A stretch of DNA of 63,716 nucleotides, filler included, from Dimorphilus gyrociliatus (taxonomy: Eukaryota > Animalia > Annelida): the NCBI GenBank assembly GCA_904063045.1. It is 3 parts of 3 records of this genome, joined end to end, with 100 filler letters (N's around TTAATTAATTAA, not from the genome) between each part and the next. Parts side by side here need not be neighbours in the genome. Positions count along the whole stretch, not along the records: positions 25,799 to 56,681 come from CAJFCJ010000071.1; positions 56,782 to 63,716 come from CAJFCJ010000308.1; 1 more part is not named here. One strand, given 5' to 3'. The notes below the pieces were generated by a model. That model was not told the origin of the DNA. It ran no database searches and worked only from the letters and a program-made list of their open reading frames with translations. The translations under genes were made by a program, and so were the position numbers. Below, one piece after another: positions 49,001 to 61,184 of this stretch (the stretch's first letter is position 1; every line of letters starts with the position of its first letter).

Positions 49001-50169
49001 TAATCTAACAGAAATAGTATACAAAAATGATTTGAAAAGTTCTAAGATTTCATTCTGTCTTAGAAGACCAATCATTTTGCCAAAATATTTTTCCCAAGCT
49101 TGCATTTTTATAGTTTCTATCCCAGTTAAAATTTCATTCATAAATTCTATCCTTTTATCACTTTTAGAAGCAATTTTGGAACGCAGTTCACCTTGATTGT
49201 ACCCCATAAATGATTGAAAGACCACAATGCTGACAACTGTAATAAAGCAAGTAAACCCTGCAATATAGCCGTAAAAAATGCCGATTAGTATTGATGTTAA
49301 AAGTATGGAAAATATTGATCCGCATGCTACAGAAAAATAGGTAAAAGTATATGGTATTTTCTCAAGGTCAGTTGAGAAAATTGAAAGAATTCTTCCTCTG
49401 CCTCCCTGTTCTTCATCTTCTTCCCCACTGGAGTTTTGTAAACTTTCATAATCTGCATTCAAAACTTTTTCAAAAATACAACAGCCAAGTGCAGATTTTA
49501 TACCAGCTCCACATTTCATTAGACAAATTACTGTATAATTTCTTAAAACAGTTTCCATCAAGAAATTCAAAGATAATATTGTCAAGACTACATAAGTTTT
49601 TCCTGTAACTGTTGTTGATAGATCGCGTGATAAATTTTCTATTAAGAATGGAGCAGAAAATTTTATTGCTAACTAGAAAAAATACTTTACTTGAATATGG
49701 CGACAAGTTTGAATAAATTGAATATACAAACAATTAATAATCTCAAAAGTACTAAAAGACAATTTGTTCCTTTAGTTAGTAGGATAGATATCTTGAATAA
49801 AGAAATTTTTCTACTCTTTGAATTCAATAGTTGTTTATCAATATATCTATTTTTTTTTAAAAAAACAAATACCAACAAAGCAAACACTTTATCAAACTTA
49901 TATAACTTACTGCTTTACTTGACTATGCCAGTTTTTTGAGGAAAGTGTTTCTAATTTTTCATAGTTGTCTAGTCTATTTATCCAATCTTCATCTCTTATT
50001 AGATAATATACCCAGCTGTTGTTTTTAAGTTCCTTAATGAAAAATTTTGTTTAAACACAATTAAAAAAAGTGTGATACTTTACAATATAAATATTCTTGA
50101 AAAAATTGATGCAGATCTTTCAGGATGTGGAGTCGTCATCTTCTGTTTGAACACATGGGTTGTAATCAT
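46004..50169 (-). CDS. ABCC4/MRP4-like ABC transporter (short ABCC, no TMD0), apparently intact
   Basis: N-terminus PHPERSASIFSRIFIFWV; NBD1 GKVGSGKTT, LSGGQRSRVSLARAVY, LLDDPLSALD; NBD2 GRTGSGKSS, LSTGERQLVCLARALL, IIDEATANVD. The junctions checked (in the 5' half and before NBD2) splice in frame; two short introns lie inside the 46631-48664 ORF. Confidence 0.92.
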
Positions 50170-50959
50170 ATATATCTGAATATATTAATCTCAGCCCATG
50201 GCTCTCCTCTCTCTTCACCTGACACACTCGTTAGTTTTTCAGCCAAGAGAGCGTTGTGTTGAAATTATTCCGATTTATGATGCAGGTGGACGGGGCCCTG
50301 TTGAAAGGTTGGGGCTATTAAAAAAGGTTTTATTGAATACTCAATACATTATATTGAAAGTTTAATATAATTCTTTAGATGAATATTATTTTTTTGCCAC
50401 TACTGTGGAGAAACTAGATGTTCTATTTGAACCACTCCTTTGGTGTATTATAAAAAGAGTAGTATCAACAACTACAGTTTTGTTAAGAATGAAATTCATA
50501 TGATCTCTATACACTTACATATGTCAGGTGTATTCTACAATAGATAAGTAGTATTGAAACAGTATTGTAATGTGTAATTTACTATTCAACAGTATTGTAT
50601 ACACAATACTCTTACCTATAACATCCATATGCTTCCTTTGCATATACTGATGCTAAATTTAGTAACTGAGTCAATTGATTATTATTCTTTATATTTTCTA
50701 GGATTTGAAAGACTTTTTTTTCAGGGTTAGGCAGCAGTTTCTAATTAATATCTTTCAACTGTAAATATTCTATTTGTATGCTTAACAATTGTTGCTACTC
50801 AGGAATGGTCTTAAAGGAACAATTGTGAACCATGTGGAAAAAGATGGAAAGATAAGCTCAGTGAATCAGTATATTAAACTTTTCAATCATTTATCAACTC
50901 AAAGTTTTCTTTGATTTCATTCAAAACACCACATTTAAATTGAACATGCTTTAACAATA

Positions 50960-51342
50960 TTGGTGATGAGCGGCAGTATGAACACTGGGTATGTTGAGCT
51001 GTGTCTGACCATTGCCCTATAAAAGGCATAGCCGAGACTGCATGAATTCACAGTTAAATAAAATTTAGATGGATTGCTATTGTACTGCTCTTACTGGAAA
51101 AATCTATGCGTTTGCAAGTTTTAACAATACTGGTTCTACTCGAACCTTTTAAACAAATGTTTAAAATAAAATGGTTTATTCACAATAATAATACTTAAGC
51201 AAGTAACAATATGAGAGTTCAATAGCAGAGTAGATAGTTTGTAATAGCAGGTTGCCAAATTACCAAACTGTATAAGTTGCATAAAATAATAGAGTTCAAG
51301 CATGTAGAATATAACCAAAGTTGTACAACTTCCCCCTTCCTT
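50960..51342 (-). mobile_element. Polypurine tract plus 3' LTR of an LTR retroelement (distal LTR end uncertain)
   Basis: Minus strand reads AAGGAAGGGGGAAG-T-TGTACAACTTTGG... about 17 nt after the env stop. AATAAA lies inside. The first ~55 nt recur at 61507. Confidence 0.6.
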
Positions 51343-51358
51343 GTGAAAATGAGTCCCT

Positions 51359-53040
51359 TCATCTTGATTTAATGAGAATTACAGGTGGCTGTTTGTCTTC
51401 ATTAGTTTGATGTTGAGTAGAGCTACAACTTTGTTTCATTTGTTTTGGGTTTCCAGGAGAATTATCTGTGCTCTCACTTGGGGCAGCAGTTTCTTCTCTT
51501 TGTGTTCTTCTTCTGGTAATACAATTGAAAAAGATGATACATACCATTGAAACAACAATACTCAAACAAATATTTTGTATGATAACATAAAGTGTTTTCC
51601 CAGGTTTATAGTACCAACTATGAAAAAACTGCTTAATTCCAGATAGATTGAGTACAATGCCATTTTTCTCTGCAACAGTGACCATATTATCATACCTTGC
51701 CTGCTTCTATTCCATTGAAATGACAACTTGTTTAATTTTTGAGTGTTGGTATGCAATATTCTTCTTTACGCCATGGTGGAGTAGGTCAGCTAATCTGGCA
51801 ATTTCAATTTTTGGTTCAGAAAGGTGATTGTGGATATTTAACTGCACAGATTTTGCAGACACAGTGTGAAATCTGCATCCTCTTTCTGAATAATATACAC
51901 ATGTTTTATCTTTCATCAGTTGGTTTCTTATAGGATTTAATGGATTGTGAGTTGTTTTATAGAATAACTTGTTAGACTCATTATAGGTAATCTCTTGCAG
52001 ATTGACCTGCTGTAAAACATGAGTAACTGGTTCCACTTGAAAAAGCAGGTTGTTCATGGTGACAAGTAAAAATTGAGAACATTTGTTATTCTTTTTTATC
52101 ATGCTTAAGTCACAAACCTCTTCTGTTGAATCTATTGGTGAACATTGTTCAATTATTGCTAGTTCTCCCATCTGACTACTGTGCATTCCCAACTTGTTCA
52201 TTAACACTGTGGTCAATTGAGGATCCAAATTTACCAGTAATGCCATCATCCTGCTTCTTTGAACAAATTGATTGCAGAGAAGACTTGACAGCTGTTGAGT
52301 AATTTTTTTTTAAATCCTTAAAATTTGAATCAATACCATGTAGCAAGGTAGATGTTTGGGCAGCTTCTCTCATTTCCAGTGGGAATTTATGGTATGGGTT
52401 TTTACTTATATTATGTTTCAGTTTTGCTTCCTTCTTCATCTGCTTTTTAGCCATTCACATGTGTAAAGTAAAATAGATTCCTTCATGGGTAATCTTAAAT
52501 TCTCTGGCTGGTGGTCCTTTATACCATATGCCCAATGTTGTTAATACCTTCTTTTTGATTCTTTTCTCACTGTATACATATTTTGAAATCATAACAGATT
52601 GTCTTGTTGCCCTTGTCCAATTGACTGCTTGCAGCATTTCTTGGATATAATAATTATCCAGCTCCCAGTAAGATGGACTAATGGGTTGTTGTAGATGATA
52701 TGTCACAACTTCCTTGAGTGTGCCTTTAGTTCTCATTAGTTTATACTTTGTGTTTGTTTCTCAATACCATTCATTAAGACTTGGTAAGGGGTTGTTTCGC
52801 TTGTATAGTATAATTTGTTCCTTAACTTTATTGGGATAGTTTAATAGTTGTTTTTCTTCATTTTTTCCAATCTTTTGATATTGTAGCAAATTGTATAGGT
52901 GTTCATTGCCTGTTTCCTGTATTAAACTCTGTTCCTCCAGTGGTACTAGTACTTTTGTTCCAGGGCCACCAATTCCATCAATGAATTTGTCTTGATAAGT
53001 GATGTCCAGAATAGAATACCCTGGACAAGAATGAATATGG
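51359..53040 (-). pseudogene. Env-like class III (herpesvirus gB / chuvirus G-like) fusion glycoprotein ORF of an LTR retroelement
   Basis: About 560 codons reconstructed across stops at 52761, 52455 and 51707 and a frameshift at ~52250. Contains LQSICSKKQ/MMALLVNLDPQLTTVLMNKLGMHSSQMGELAIIEQCSPI and KCSQFLLVTMNNLLFQVEPVTHVL, then a C-terminal TM (LYVIIQNICLSIVVSMVCIIFF) and a cytoplasmic tail. Confidence 0.7.
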
Positions 53041-53042
53041 TA

Positions 53043-55480
53043 GAAAACAGCCAGGATTGAAAACGGCCAGAGTTTAAAATGGCCAGAGCTTAGTTGAAAA
53101 TGGCCAGAGCTATGATTGAAAATGGCCAGAGGTCTGATTGAAAATGGCCAAAGACCTAGTTTTATATAAAAAATTATAATTATAAATAAATAATAATATT
53201 GATTATTCTAAATGATAAGAATAGTTTGAAGATATATATTTATTGAAAATGAAACAACATTAAAACAAATATAAAAAAGAGAAACTACTAAAAGTAACAA
53301 CTTGAACTAAAAACTGTAGCATATCTAATGTGAAAAATATATTTTTGAACAATTTTCCAAAATCTGAGCTGCTGTTATTTCACCATTTTTAAATTTCTCC
53401 CAAGTATCAAATATTTCTTTTTGGACATTTAAATAGATTTTTTTCTGTAATCTCTTCAATTTCTTTTCAGAAAGCAGCTGTTGATAAATTGAAATGAGAT
53501 CAGCCTCTCTTTTCAGCTCATCTATCAGATTGTAAAAAGATTTGGAATTGCCCATATTTATATTCAATCTATTGTGGAATCCCTCAACATCATTATTTGT
53601 TCTGATAGGACATTCATATGCTGACCAAGATGATGGTGTCCACAGACTATCTTCAATCCAAGTAGCCTCAATATAAGTAACAAGATCCTCCAATTTCTGG
53701 ATTGCTTTCAAATGTTGCTTTATTTTATGAAATTCATTTGGAATAACATCAGTAGGTAAGAATGGTAATGCCAATAGCTTTTTCATTTCAGTCCATTGTC
53801 CAGTATGGCTTTTATATTCAGCAGAATAACCCAATTCCTACAAAATCCAAAAGAAAATTAGTTTTTTAAGAAAATATTAAACACAAAAAAATTATGCACT
53901 TGAATCTTTCTGAAAACTGCCTGAGTCCAGTGAAAGAGACAGCCTTTTACTTCAGCATCTGGATAATGCTTTTGTAAATTCTTCCAAACTGCTCTTTCAA
54001 AATCTACCAATATTTTCTTTGGTGATTTGTCAGGAATCAATTTTTTTACAGCCTGAAGAAATATTTGTAGACTTTTTTCAAAATAGTATTTAAAGTATAC
54101 CTTAAATAAAAGAGAATAACAGACTTTCTTTTTTGATGATGTCATTGCAAAAAGAAGAGGAACTTATTTAAGCACACCATCTTTTTTCAGGAATGAGTGA
54201 ATGGAAAACAGCTGTTTGAAGGGAGGATTTACAACTTTGAAAGTTCCATCTAAAAACCACATCTTAGCAGAAGATAACAGTTGCATTTGGTGATGAGTTC
54301 CAAAAATTATTATTCTTTCATCTTTTTTCTGAATATCCTCTCTGAAAAATCCATTTGGAATAAATGTAAAATTTAGCAGAAAAGCTATTGATTCTGGTTC
54401 CTTTGGTCTATTTTTCCTCCTTTGATAGTTAACAATTGCTTTTGATGTAGATATTTTTGGAAAATTAGACACATTTTCATTTTGCAGATATGAGTCTTCT
54501 ACTATTCTTTTGCTGCTTACATTTAAATCCTTATTTGCTTTTTCTCTTATATTGATTTTCATTTCTATGATTTTTTCCAAATTTGGTGCTGGAGGATGAA
54601 TGTGTTGTTTGGAGCCTGTTTGGCAATTACCCTTATATTCATTTATACTTCCAGGACACTTTTTGTTTTTATTTCTCACTCTGCATTTCCATATTCTGAA
54701 GTGCTCTCCATGTCCTTTTATTGTATATGAAAAGCCATTGTGAATCATTAATGATTTTCCTTTTTGGCTTCCATTCTTGAAAATTTTAAATGCTCCATCA
54801 TCATCTAAATTTGCTTCATCCATTTTGTCTTCAAAAGAGCTTTCTATATGATTTTGGGCATTAAATCCATTAATAACATCTTCTTGTACTATATCAGTTG
54901 TCATACATGCCTCTTCATGATCAACTTCCATCATATTTTCATTCTCCAGAGCAGAATTTAGGATTTCACAATGACTTGTTTGTATTTCTTCTTCCAATTG
55001 AAATGCAGTAACAACATCTTCTGTCATACTCTCTTCTCTCATTATTTTATCAGAAGGGCAAACTTGGTTGTCCACCTCCATTGCAGTGTTTTTTTCAACT
55101 TCTGGTTGTTGAAAGAGAATGGAGATGTCATCATGTTTGTTCAAAACAACTTTTAATTGATGTTTGTTGATTGTTGTGCACATTGAGCAAAAACCATCTA
55201 AAACACAACTTTTAAAAGTTTAAAAAAACTAATCAAGTCTTAAACATTTCAAGTGAAATATTTTCTTGCATAGACTGCATATGCATTCATATTTTTTATA
55301 TATTTTTGTTTGGCAAGAATAGCAAGAAGGAGCCATTTTGAAAGTGGTCTCATATAAAGTAGAACTTTCTGTGGAAATGCAATCAAAAATTTTCTCCTCC
55401 TTGATTCTTCCATGAATTAGCTCTTCAAATGTTACTTTCCTTAGGGGTGTATATTCTTCTAATCTTGTTGTGCACTTTGG
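53043..55480 (-). mobile_element. MULE transposon with a spliced PHD-FLYWCH-DDE transposase; one nonsense codon; one terminal repeat array
   Basis: WFLDGTF, LVDFERA, GCLFHWTQA and RTNNDVEGFHNRL give the DDE triad. FLYWCH (GFSYTIK..WKCRVR..CPG..HIHPP). PHD pieces CYSC..CSLC..HLKC / FCSMC. TAA at 54164-54166 in GVLK*VPLLF. Six GAAAA[TC]GGCCAGAG-like repeats at 53043-53154. Confidence 0.92.
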
Positions 55481-56240
55481 AATTATAATATAAAGAATTA
55501 TAATATACAGACTTTAGATAGATCTTATTTTAAAGGAATTAGAATAGTGAAATATTAGAAAAAACCACTTTTTGATGGAATTAATAACCCAAACCTAAGA
55601 AAGACCTTATTTAGTGGAATTAGATGCTTTGAATTCTGGAAAGGCTTTTAGTTCGCACAAAGTATAATTCTCTAAACAAAACAGATGTTGCCATGGTGGT
55701 ATAAACAATGGAACAAAGAACAGGAAAAAATGCATGTCAAAATTATTACATCTTATTCAATAACAGATGCTGAAAACTAAGGCTTGTTTTCAAAGTACCA
55801 CATGCATAACCTATATGATATAACTGTTTTTCATACCTTTGTTGTATGTTCATTGTAAGATTGTTACATTTCAACTTGCGTTCCTTTGAACAATTGAACC
55901 CAAGCTTTGGTAAATGTATAAAAGGAAATGCATTTCCTCAGTTCGTCAGTTCAGTTTTAACTGTTAGCTAGTTGTTTAAACTTGCTTGTTTAAAACTAAA
56001 ACTCATTATACTCAATACATACTCTTTGCACGAAATACTGGTGGTTCATTGGTTAATTTTTGCCGGAATTGCATTCGTTGAGACTACCTGTGGGATGAAC
56101 TTGAAAGGTTCTTTTTGGACCAGTACTTTGGTTTATTGGTAAATGATTGGTGAGGACGAATTCAATCATAACAAACTCAAGGTTCCTACAATTACCATAA
56201 AACACTGTACACTTGTTAAAGCATATGCTCTATTTTTTTG

Positions 56241-56681
56241 TTATGTCACATAGTTAATTGTAAATTTTAAATCCATTAAAGCCATGATCCATTTTGCTGT
56301 GCTGACATTCAATTTGTTTTGCTTGAATGTTTGTGCTAGACTCTGATGGTCAGTATATAAAAAGAATGGCTTGTCTTGAAGGTAATGTAAAAATTTCTTT
56401 ACAACCCAGTAAACACCAAATGCTTCCTTTTGATAGGCTGCATATTTCATTTGATTATTGTTGAATTGTTTTGAAGCATAGGCAATGGGTTTCATTGTTT
56501 TCTTCCCATTCTCATCTACATAAACTTGTTCAAGAACTCCTCCTACAGCTACATTTGATGCATCTGTTGTTAAGTGAAAATCTTTAGCAAAATCAGGTAG
56601 TTGTAATACAGGAGGGTTAACTACTGCATCTCTCAATTTGAAAAATGATTGCTTGGCTTCCTCAGTCCATTGCAATTTATC
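56241..56681 (-). mobile_element. Ty3/gypsy RT-connection/RNase H fragment (cut by the assembly gap)
   Basis: WTEEAKQSFFKLR..PPVLQLPDFAKDFHLTTDASNVAVGGVLEQ..PIAYASK..KEAFGVYWVVKKF..YTDHQSL. Confidence 0.92.
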
Positions 56682-56781
56682 NNNNNNNNNNNNNNNNNNN
56701 NNNNNNNNNNNNNNNNNNNNNNNNNTTAATTAATTAANNNNNNNNNNNNNNNNNNNNNNNNNNNNNNNNNNNNNNNNNNNN
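56682..56781. other. Assembly gap (44 N + TTAATTAATTAA + 44 N)
   Basis: Same layout as the first gap. Confidence 0.97.
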
Positions 56782-57799
56782 AAAATTTCATTGTAATGTT
56801 TAGATAGAAAGAGAATATTCAACTCTTTTTTATACAAGTTCATACCAATTCAATAAAAAGAAATTGTTATCTTATCATTATCCAAATATAGTATTTCCCT
56901 TATTTTTAATATATTTTTTCAGTTATTTTAGATAAATAAAGTAGGAAATGCGATAAGATAAAGAGAAGATTATAGTTTGAATAGTCCTTGAATTGATAAA
57001 AAAATATTGTAATATTTATTTTAAACCATAAAAAAAGAAAATATTGTTAAAAATGATCGGTGTTGTATCCGATCTTACTATTAAGGACAAACTATGATGA
57101 AAGAGATTTTCTTCTAGGGATGTACTTTGTTGTTATTGCGATTGTAGGAATTTCGTTCTTTTACCAACCGTATTCGTCCGTACAGTGTTTTGCAGATTTT
57201 CCTGTTTAAATCCAACTACGATTTTGGATTCATTCTAGATAGAATTCAACAAGATATTTTTGAAGAAACTTTGACATTGATTTTGATGATATTGAATGTA
57301 AAAGAATTTAAATATTTAAAGTCTGATTGGATTGTCAGCAATTTAAAACAATTTTTCCCGCCACGAACTTTGTAATAGTAGTAATGATGGAGTAAGATTT
57401 AATTTTTACTCTTCAATTGAGAAAATAGATAACAACACTATGAAATTTTATGCTCATTTTACTCTAAATAGTAAAGTAAGTTAATACCAGTTTTCGTTGA
57501 ATTATCTACCAATATTCAGGCTGAAGTAGGACAAAATTATTTTGAAAAGGAATTTACATTACATAAAATAACTAAATTTTCCAGAGGTGTTGACATTTTC
57601 AGTGATTCACCAAGATGTTTTTTAAGATGCCTGTCAAATCACAATCCCATCCAATTTCTGAATAATGCTGTCTGTGTTTTTCATAAAAAAGTCATTGGTA
57701 TGCTTATTTAAAAACTAACATCACTTTTCAAAATCATTATTCTGTCATTTATTATTTTACACTGATATACATAGTCACAAATTTCCTTTATTTATTATA

Positions 57800-58268
57800 A
57801 AAACTGGAATATGCCACTCTACATTATAAATCTAATGATACAAACACTGTTCCTTCTTTATATAACAATCCATTTTATTGATTTAGAAGGAGATAATAAA
57901 TATTGAAAATCAAATTCTTGGCAATGTGTGTATGCTCTTTCACTGTCAAGGTTACAACACAGTTTCTGCGACTTAGAAAGCCTGCTCCAAAACTAATAAA
58001 GTACCATCCACTTTTTGATACTGTAACATCTATTCTAATAAAACATTATGAAAGGATAGAGCCATCCATCAGTCTTTTTACTCCTTATGTGTATACTAAA
58101 ACAAATTGGCGTTGCCATGGTATCAGTGTTTAAAAAATTGGCGTGACGGTGTGTTTGTGTTTCCCCTTTTTTCGTTATACTCACATTGCCGTACAGAAGA
58201 TACGGTATGATTGTCGTAAGTAGGCAAATAATGATTGATACGCCAACAATTCTATGTTTATAGGCCAA
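57800..58268 (-). pseudogene. Possible C1q-domain gene fragment with a signal peptide
   Basis: Signal-like MAYKHRIVGVSIIICLLTTII; pieces VTVSKSGWYFISFGAG and GLLYKEGTVFVSL loosely resemble C1q strands; stops present. Confidence 0.3.
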
Positions 58269-58409
58269 AAGTTTAGATTGCTTTAAAGGACTGATAACCG
58301 AATAATAAATTTCAAATTAAGCCTCGTAGACCAAAACACCAAAACAAGTGTTAAAAAGTGATTTCGATGATGTGCATGTATATTTTCAACAAAAATAAAA
58401 AACTCCTCG

Positions 58410-59024
58410 AAATTGAGCTTTCCCCAAAAATATTTTCATTTTTAAAAGGTATTTTCTCATTATCAACAGATTTCAAAATAAATTCTTGTTACATAATTAA
58501 TTCAAATGATATTACTGAATTTAATAACAAATTAGCCATATTTTTGATGGTACCCAGAGGAAATATTGAGGAAATTGAACGGGAACTTGAGCAGTATCTT
58601 CTCTCTTTCGATTTCTATAGGAAAAACAATAAGAATTTTGGAGAGTGTATTATCATTTGTATCAAACAATAAAATATTTGTTGAATGGCCTACAAAAACT
58701 CCATCAATTAAAATTCAACTATTTTTAACTCTACTATCAAATAACTATGGTGAAAACTGGTTAACATATTTGTATCCTTTTAATCAAAATGCCATAAAGC
58801 AAATCAAAATGACTCCGGAAGTTAATGAAAAAATTGCCAATTCATTCCAAGGTGTTGATAGCTGTAAGGAATTCTTCAAAAAGTTAGATATACCGCAATT
58901 AACTCAACTGCATTACGGCATTAGAGCAATTTTAAATTACGTATTTCCTAGTGAATATCCATTACATTGGGAAAAAGTCATTAAAACTGGAAAGGAGGTC
59001 TTAAATATAGGAGCTCATAATTGA
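58410..59024 (+). pseudogene. Second copy of the unnamed G-x-[DN]-W repeat protein
   Basis: SCYIINSNDITEFN..VPRGNIEEIE..YLLS / ILESVLSFVSNNKIFVEWP..LFLTLLSNNYGENWLTYL aligns with 30370-30760; +1 frameshift in an A-run at ~58622. Confidence 0.6.
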
Positions 59025-59125
59025 CATAGCTATTTTGATTAGTTAAGGAGATAAAATCAGTAAATTAGTCAAAAAAAGGTACCACAGGAAAAATCTCGTC
59101 TGTGACTGTATATATAACCTCCCAT

Positions 59126-59413
59126 TTATCCAGTTACATCATAACATATTTGTTTAGTTAACATAGTTGATTTGGAGACAATGTTTTGAGCAAAGTGTGG
59201 ATCTCCAGTTGCAGATGCCCATGGTGAAGGTGCAGTAGGGGTAAAGTATACAGGAATTTTATTTTCAAAGCTTTTTCCAACATCTGTGCATGTTGAAAGA
59301 AAGGAATAGCATCCTGGGAACAGATCTGGTGCAGCTATACTGAAATAGAGAATACTGGATGAACCAATATCTCTAAAAATCATGACACAGACACAAGTCA
59401 GCACATGGATCAA
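59126..59413 (-). other. Isolated exon with a GDPHF..ICYD motif (ITIH C-terminal / vWD-like)
   Basis: SATGDPHFAQNIVSKSTMLTKQICYDVTG; no flanking exons resolved. Confidence 0.4.
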
Positions 59414-59559
59414 TGTCAGAATTACAACTGTAAAACAGTGATTAGCACAAATTCACCTGAAAAAGAAACTGAAACCACATCAAAAAGAATTGGAGAAGGA
59501 AATGGAAATGGAAACTCAGTATTTAGAGTTAGTATAGGGAATAACTAACAAAGTTGAAA

Positions 59560-60300
59560 AAGTACAAGAGGAAACTGACAAATATTTCAATTCACCCAAA
59601 AATAATTTTTACAAGAGTAGAGAGGAATTAAAGGAAATGATCCAGAATTATGAGGATATTATTGCTACAAACCAAAATCATATTGATTCACCTGATGTCC
59701 CACAAATGGCTATTGAATTATTTGAAGATGTAAAACCTTTTGAGCAAAGGCCATATAGACTATCACCTAACAAACAACAGGAATATAAGGATCAACTCAA
59801 TGGACTAATCAGATTATGCCTTCAAACCAAGAAGACTTATTTGACAAGCTTTGAGGGAGACCATAAATACTTTTCCATATTAGATTTGATCATCATCCCT
59901 ATCAAAGAAGACAAAGAGAAAACTGCTTTTATTACACCATTTGGTCTGTTTGAATTCAATAAATTTTTTTGGCTTGGCAAATGCACATTCACAGTTTAGC
60001 TATATTATGGCAAATTTTGTAATTATGGACTGGAAAATTTTTGTATTAATTATATGGATGACATTATAGTTTTACTAAAACATTGGAAGAACACTACATA
60101 GCTCTACAAAAACTAATGGAAAGAGTTTTCAGAATCAAACTAAGCAAGTATGCATTTCTACAGAATCAGTACAATTCCTTGGTCATAAGATTACACAAAA
60201 TGGTATTGAAACTGATCCGGAAAAGATTCAGAAATTAAAAGATGCTGAATTATCTATGCTTGCAAATACTTTATTAAGTTTTGTAGTATTTTGTGGTTAT
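59560..60300 (+). mobile_element. Degenerate Ty3/gypsy reverse transcriptase
   Basis: QRPYRLSP, FSILDL, DKEKTAFITPFGLFEF and YMDDIIV across frameshifts. Confidence 0.85.
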
Positions 60301-60589
60301 TACAGAGGAGAGCAGAGAGGAAAGATATGCTAAAATGTTTTTGTATTGATATAGAGGATCTAGAAGAATTGGATGATTGTTTTGATGATAATTTACATGA
60401 TGATTATGATGAAGAAACTCAGTTGCATTCTATGAAACAAAAAACTAGACCTGTTGAAATAACCTTCTACAGAGAACAACTTTTTGATGTTGGCAAGATT
60501 GGAAAGTATAGGAAAATTAAAGGAAGTGATTATGAGAACTTTGCTCGCTCAACTACTAAGGATAATTCAATCAGAATTGTGCTCAGAGA

Positions 60590-60780
60590 TGCCTAACAAT
60601 CATTTTACAGAGGCTGTGGGCAGAAGAAAAATCCATGGCTACATCACTGTGATGAAAGGGGCTAAGTAAAGAAGGTCCTAATTTGGACCATCAGAGAGAC
60701 AGCAATACAGATGGAAAAAAACAATGACGGCTATGCTAGATACACTGGCAGATATCACCCTGTTTAGAACAGGGGCTTTG
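60590..60780 (+). mobile_element. Possible degenerate gag zinc knuckle and aspartic protease remnant
   Basis: FYRGCGQKKNPWLHHC resembles a CCHC knuckle; AMLDTLADITLF resembles LDTGAD. Confidence 0.4.
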
Positions 60781-61184
60781 AGCTAGATAAATGCAAAGAG
60801 AATAGACATGTGTGCTGGACTAAATTCCCCTTGGATAAAATGTCTCTTGTAGAAAATGTTTCTTTGAGATACTGTACTGCTCTTACTTGGCCAATTTGTG
60901 TAAAAAAAACTGGTATTAAAAGTATAGAAAATTTTGTATTATTCATATTATGAACAGAATTTGAAATATTTGTCAAGATGATTGAATTTCTTTTTGTTTA
61001 ATAATTTAATTGTTTGATAACAATACTAGAAAAGAAAATACTGTTTTTCAATTGGCTATTAGAAATTAAGAATAGAAGTTTTTATAAAGATTGATAATCA
61101 CGAATTTCTTAAAAAGGCTTAAATTTATTTATATTAGAATGGTATGATTCCTAGTTTGTTTTTTAATAAGTAAAAGAAATTGGA

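Noticed and set aside
26295-54166. Stop-codon recoding, selenocysteine or an alternative genetic code as the explanation for in-frame stops
   Set aside because: All three stop codons and frameshifts occur in the broken genes, while long ORFs (STAG, GH31, LRR, ABCC) read cleanly in the standard code. Ordinary decay or assembly error is simpler.
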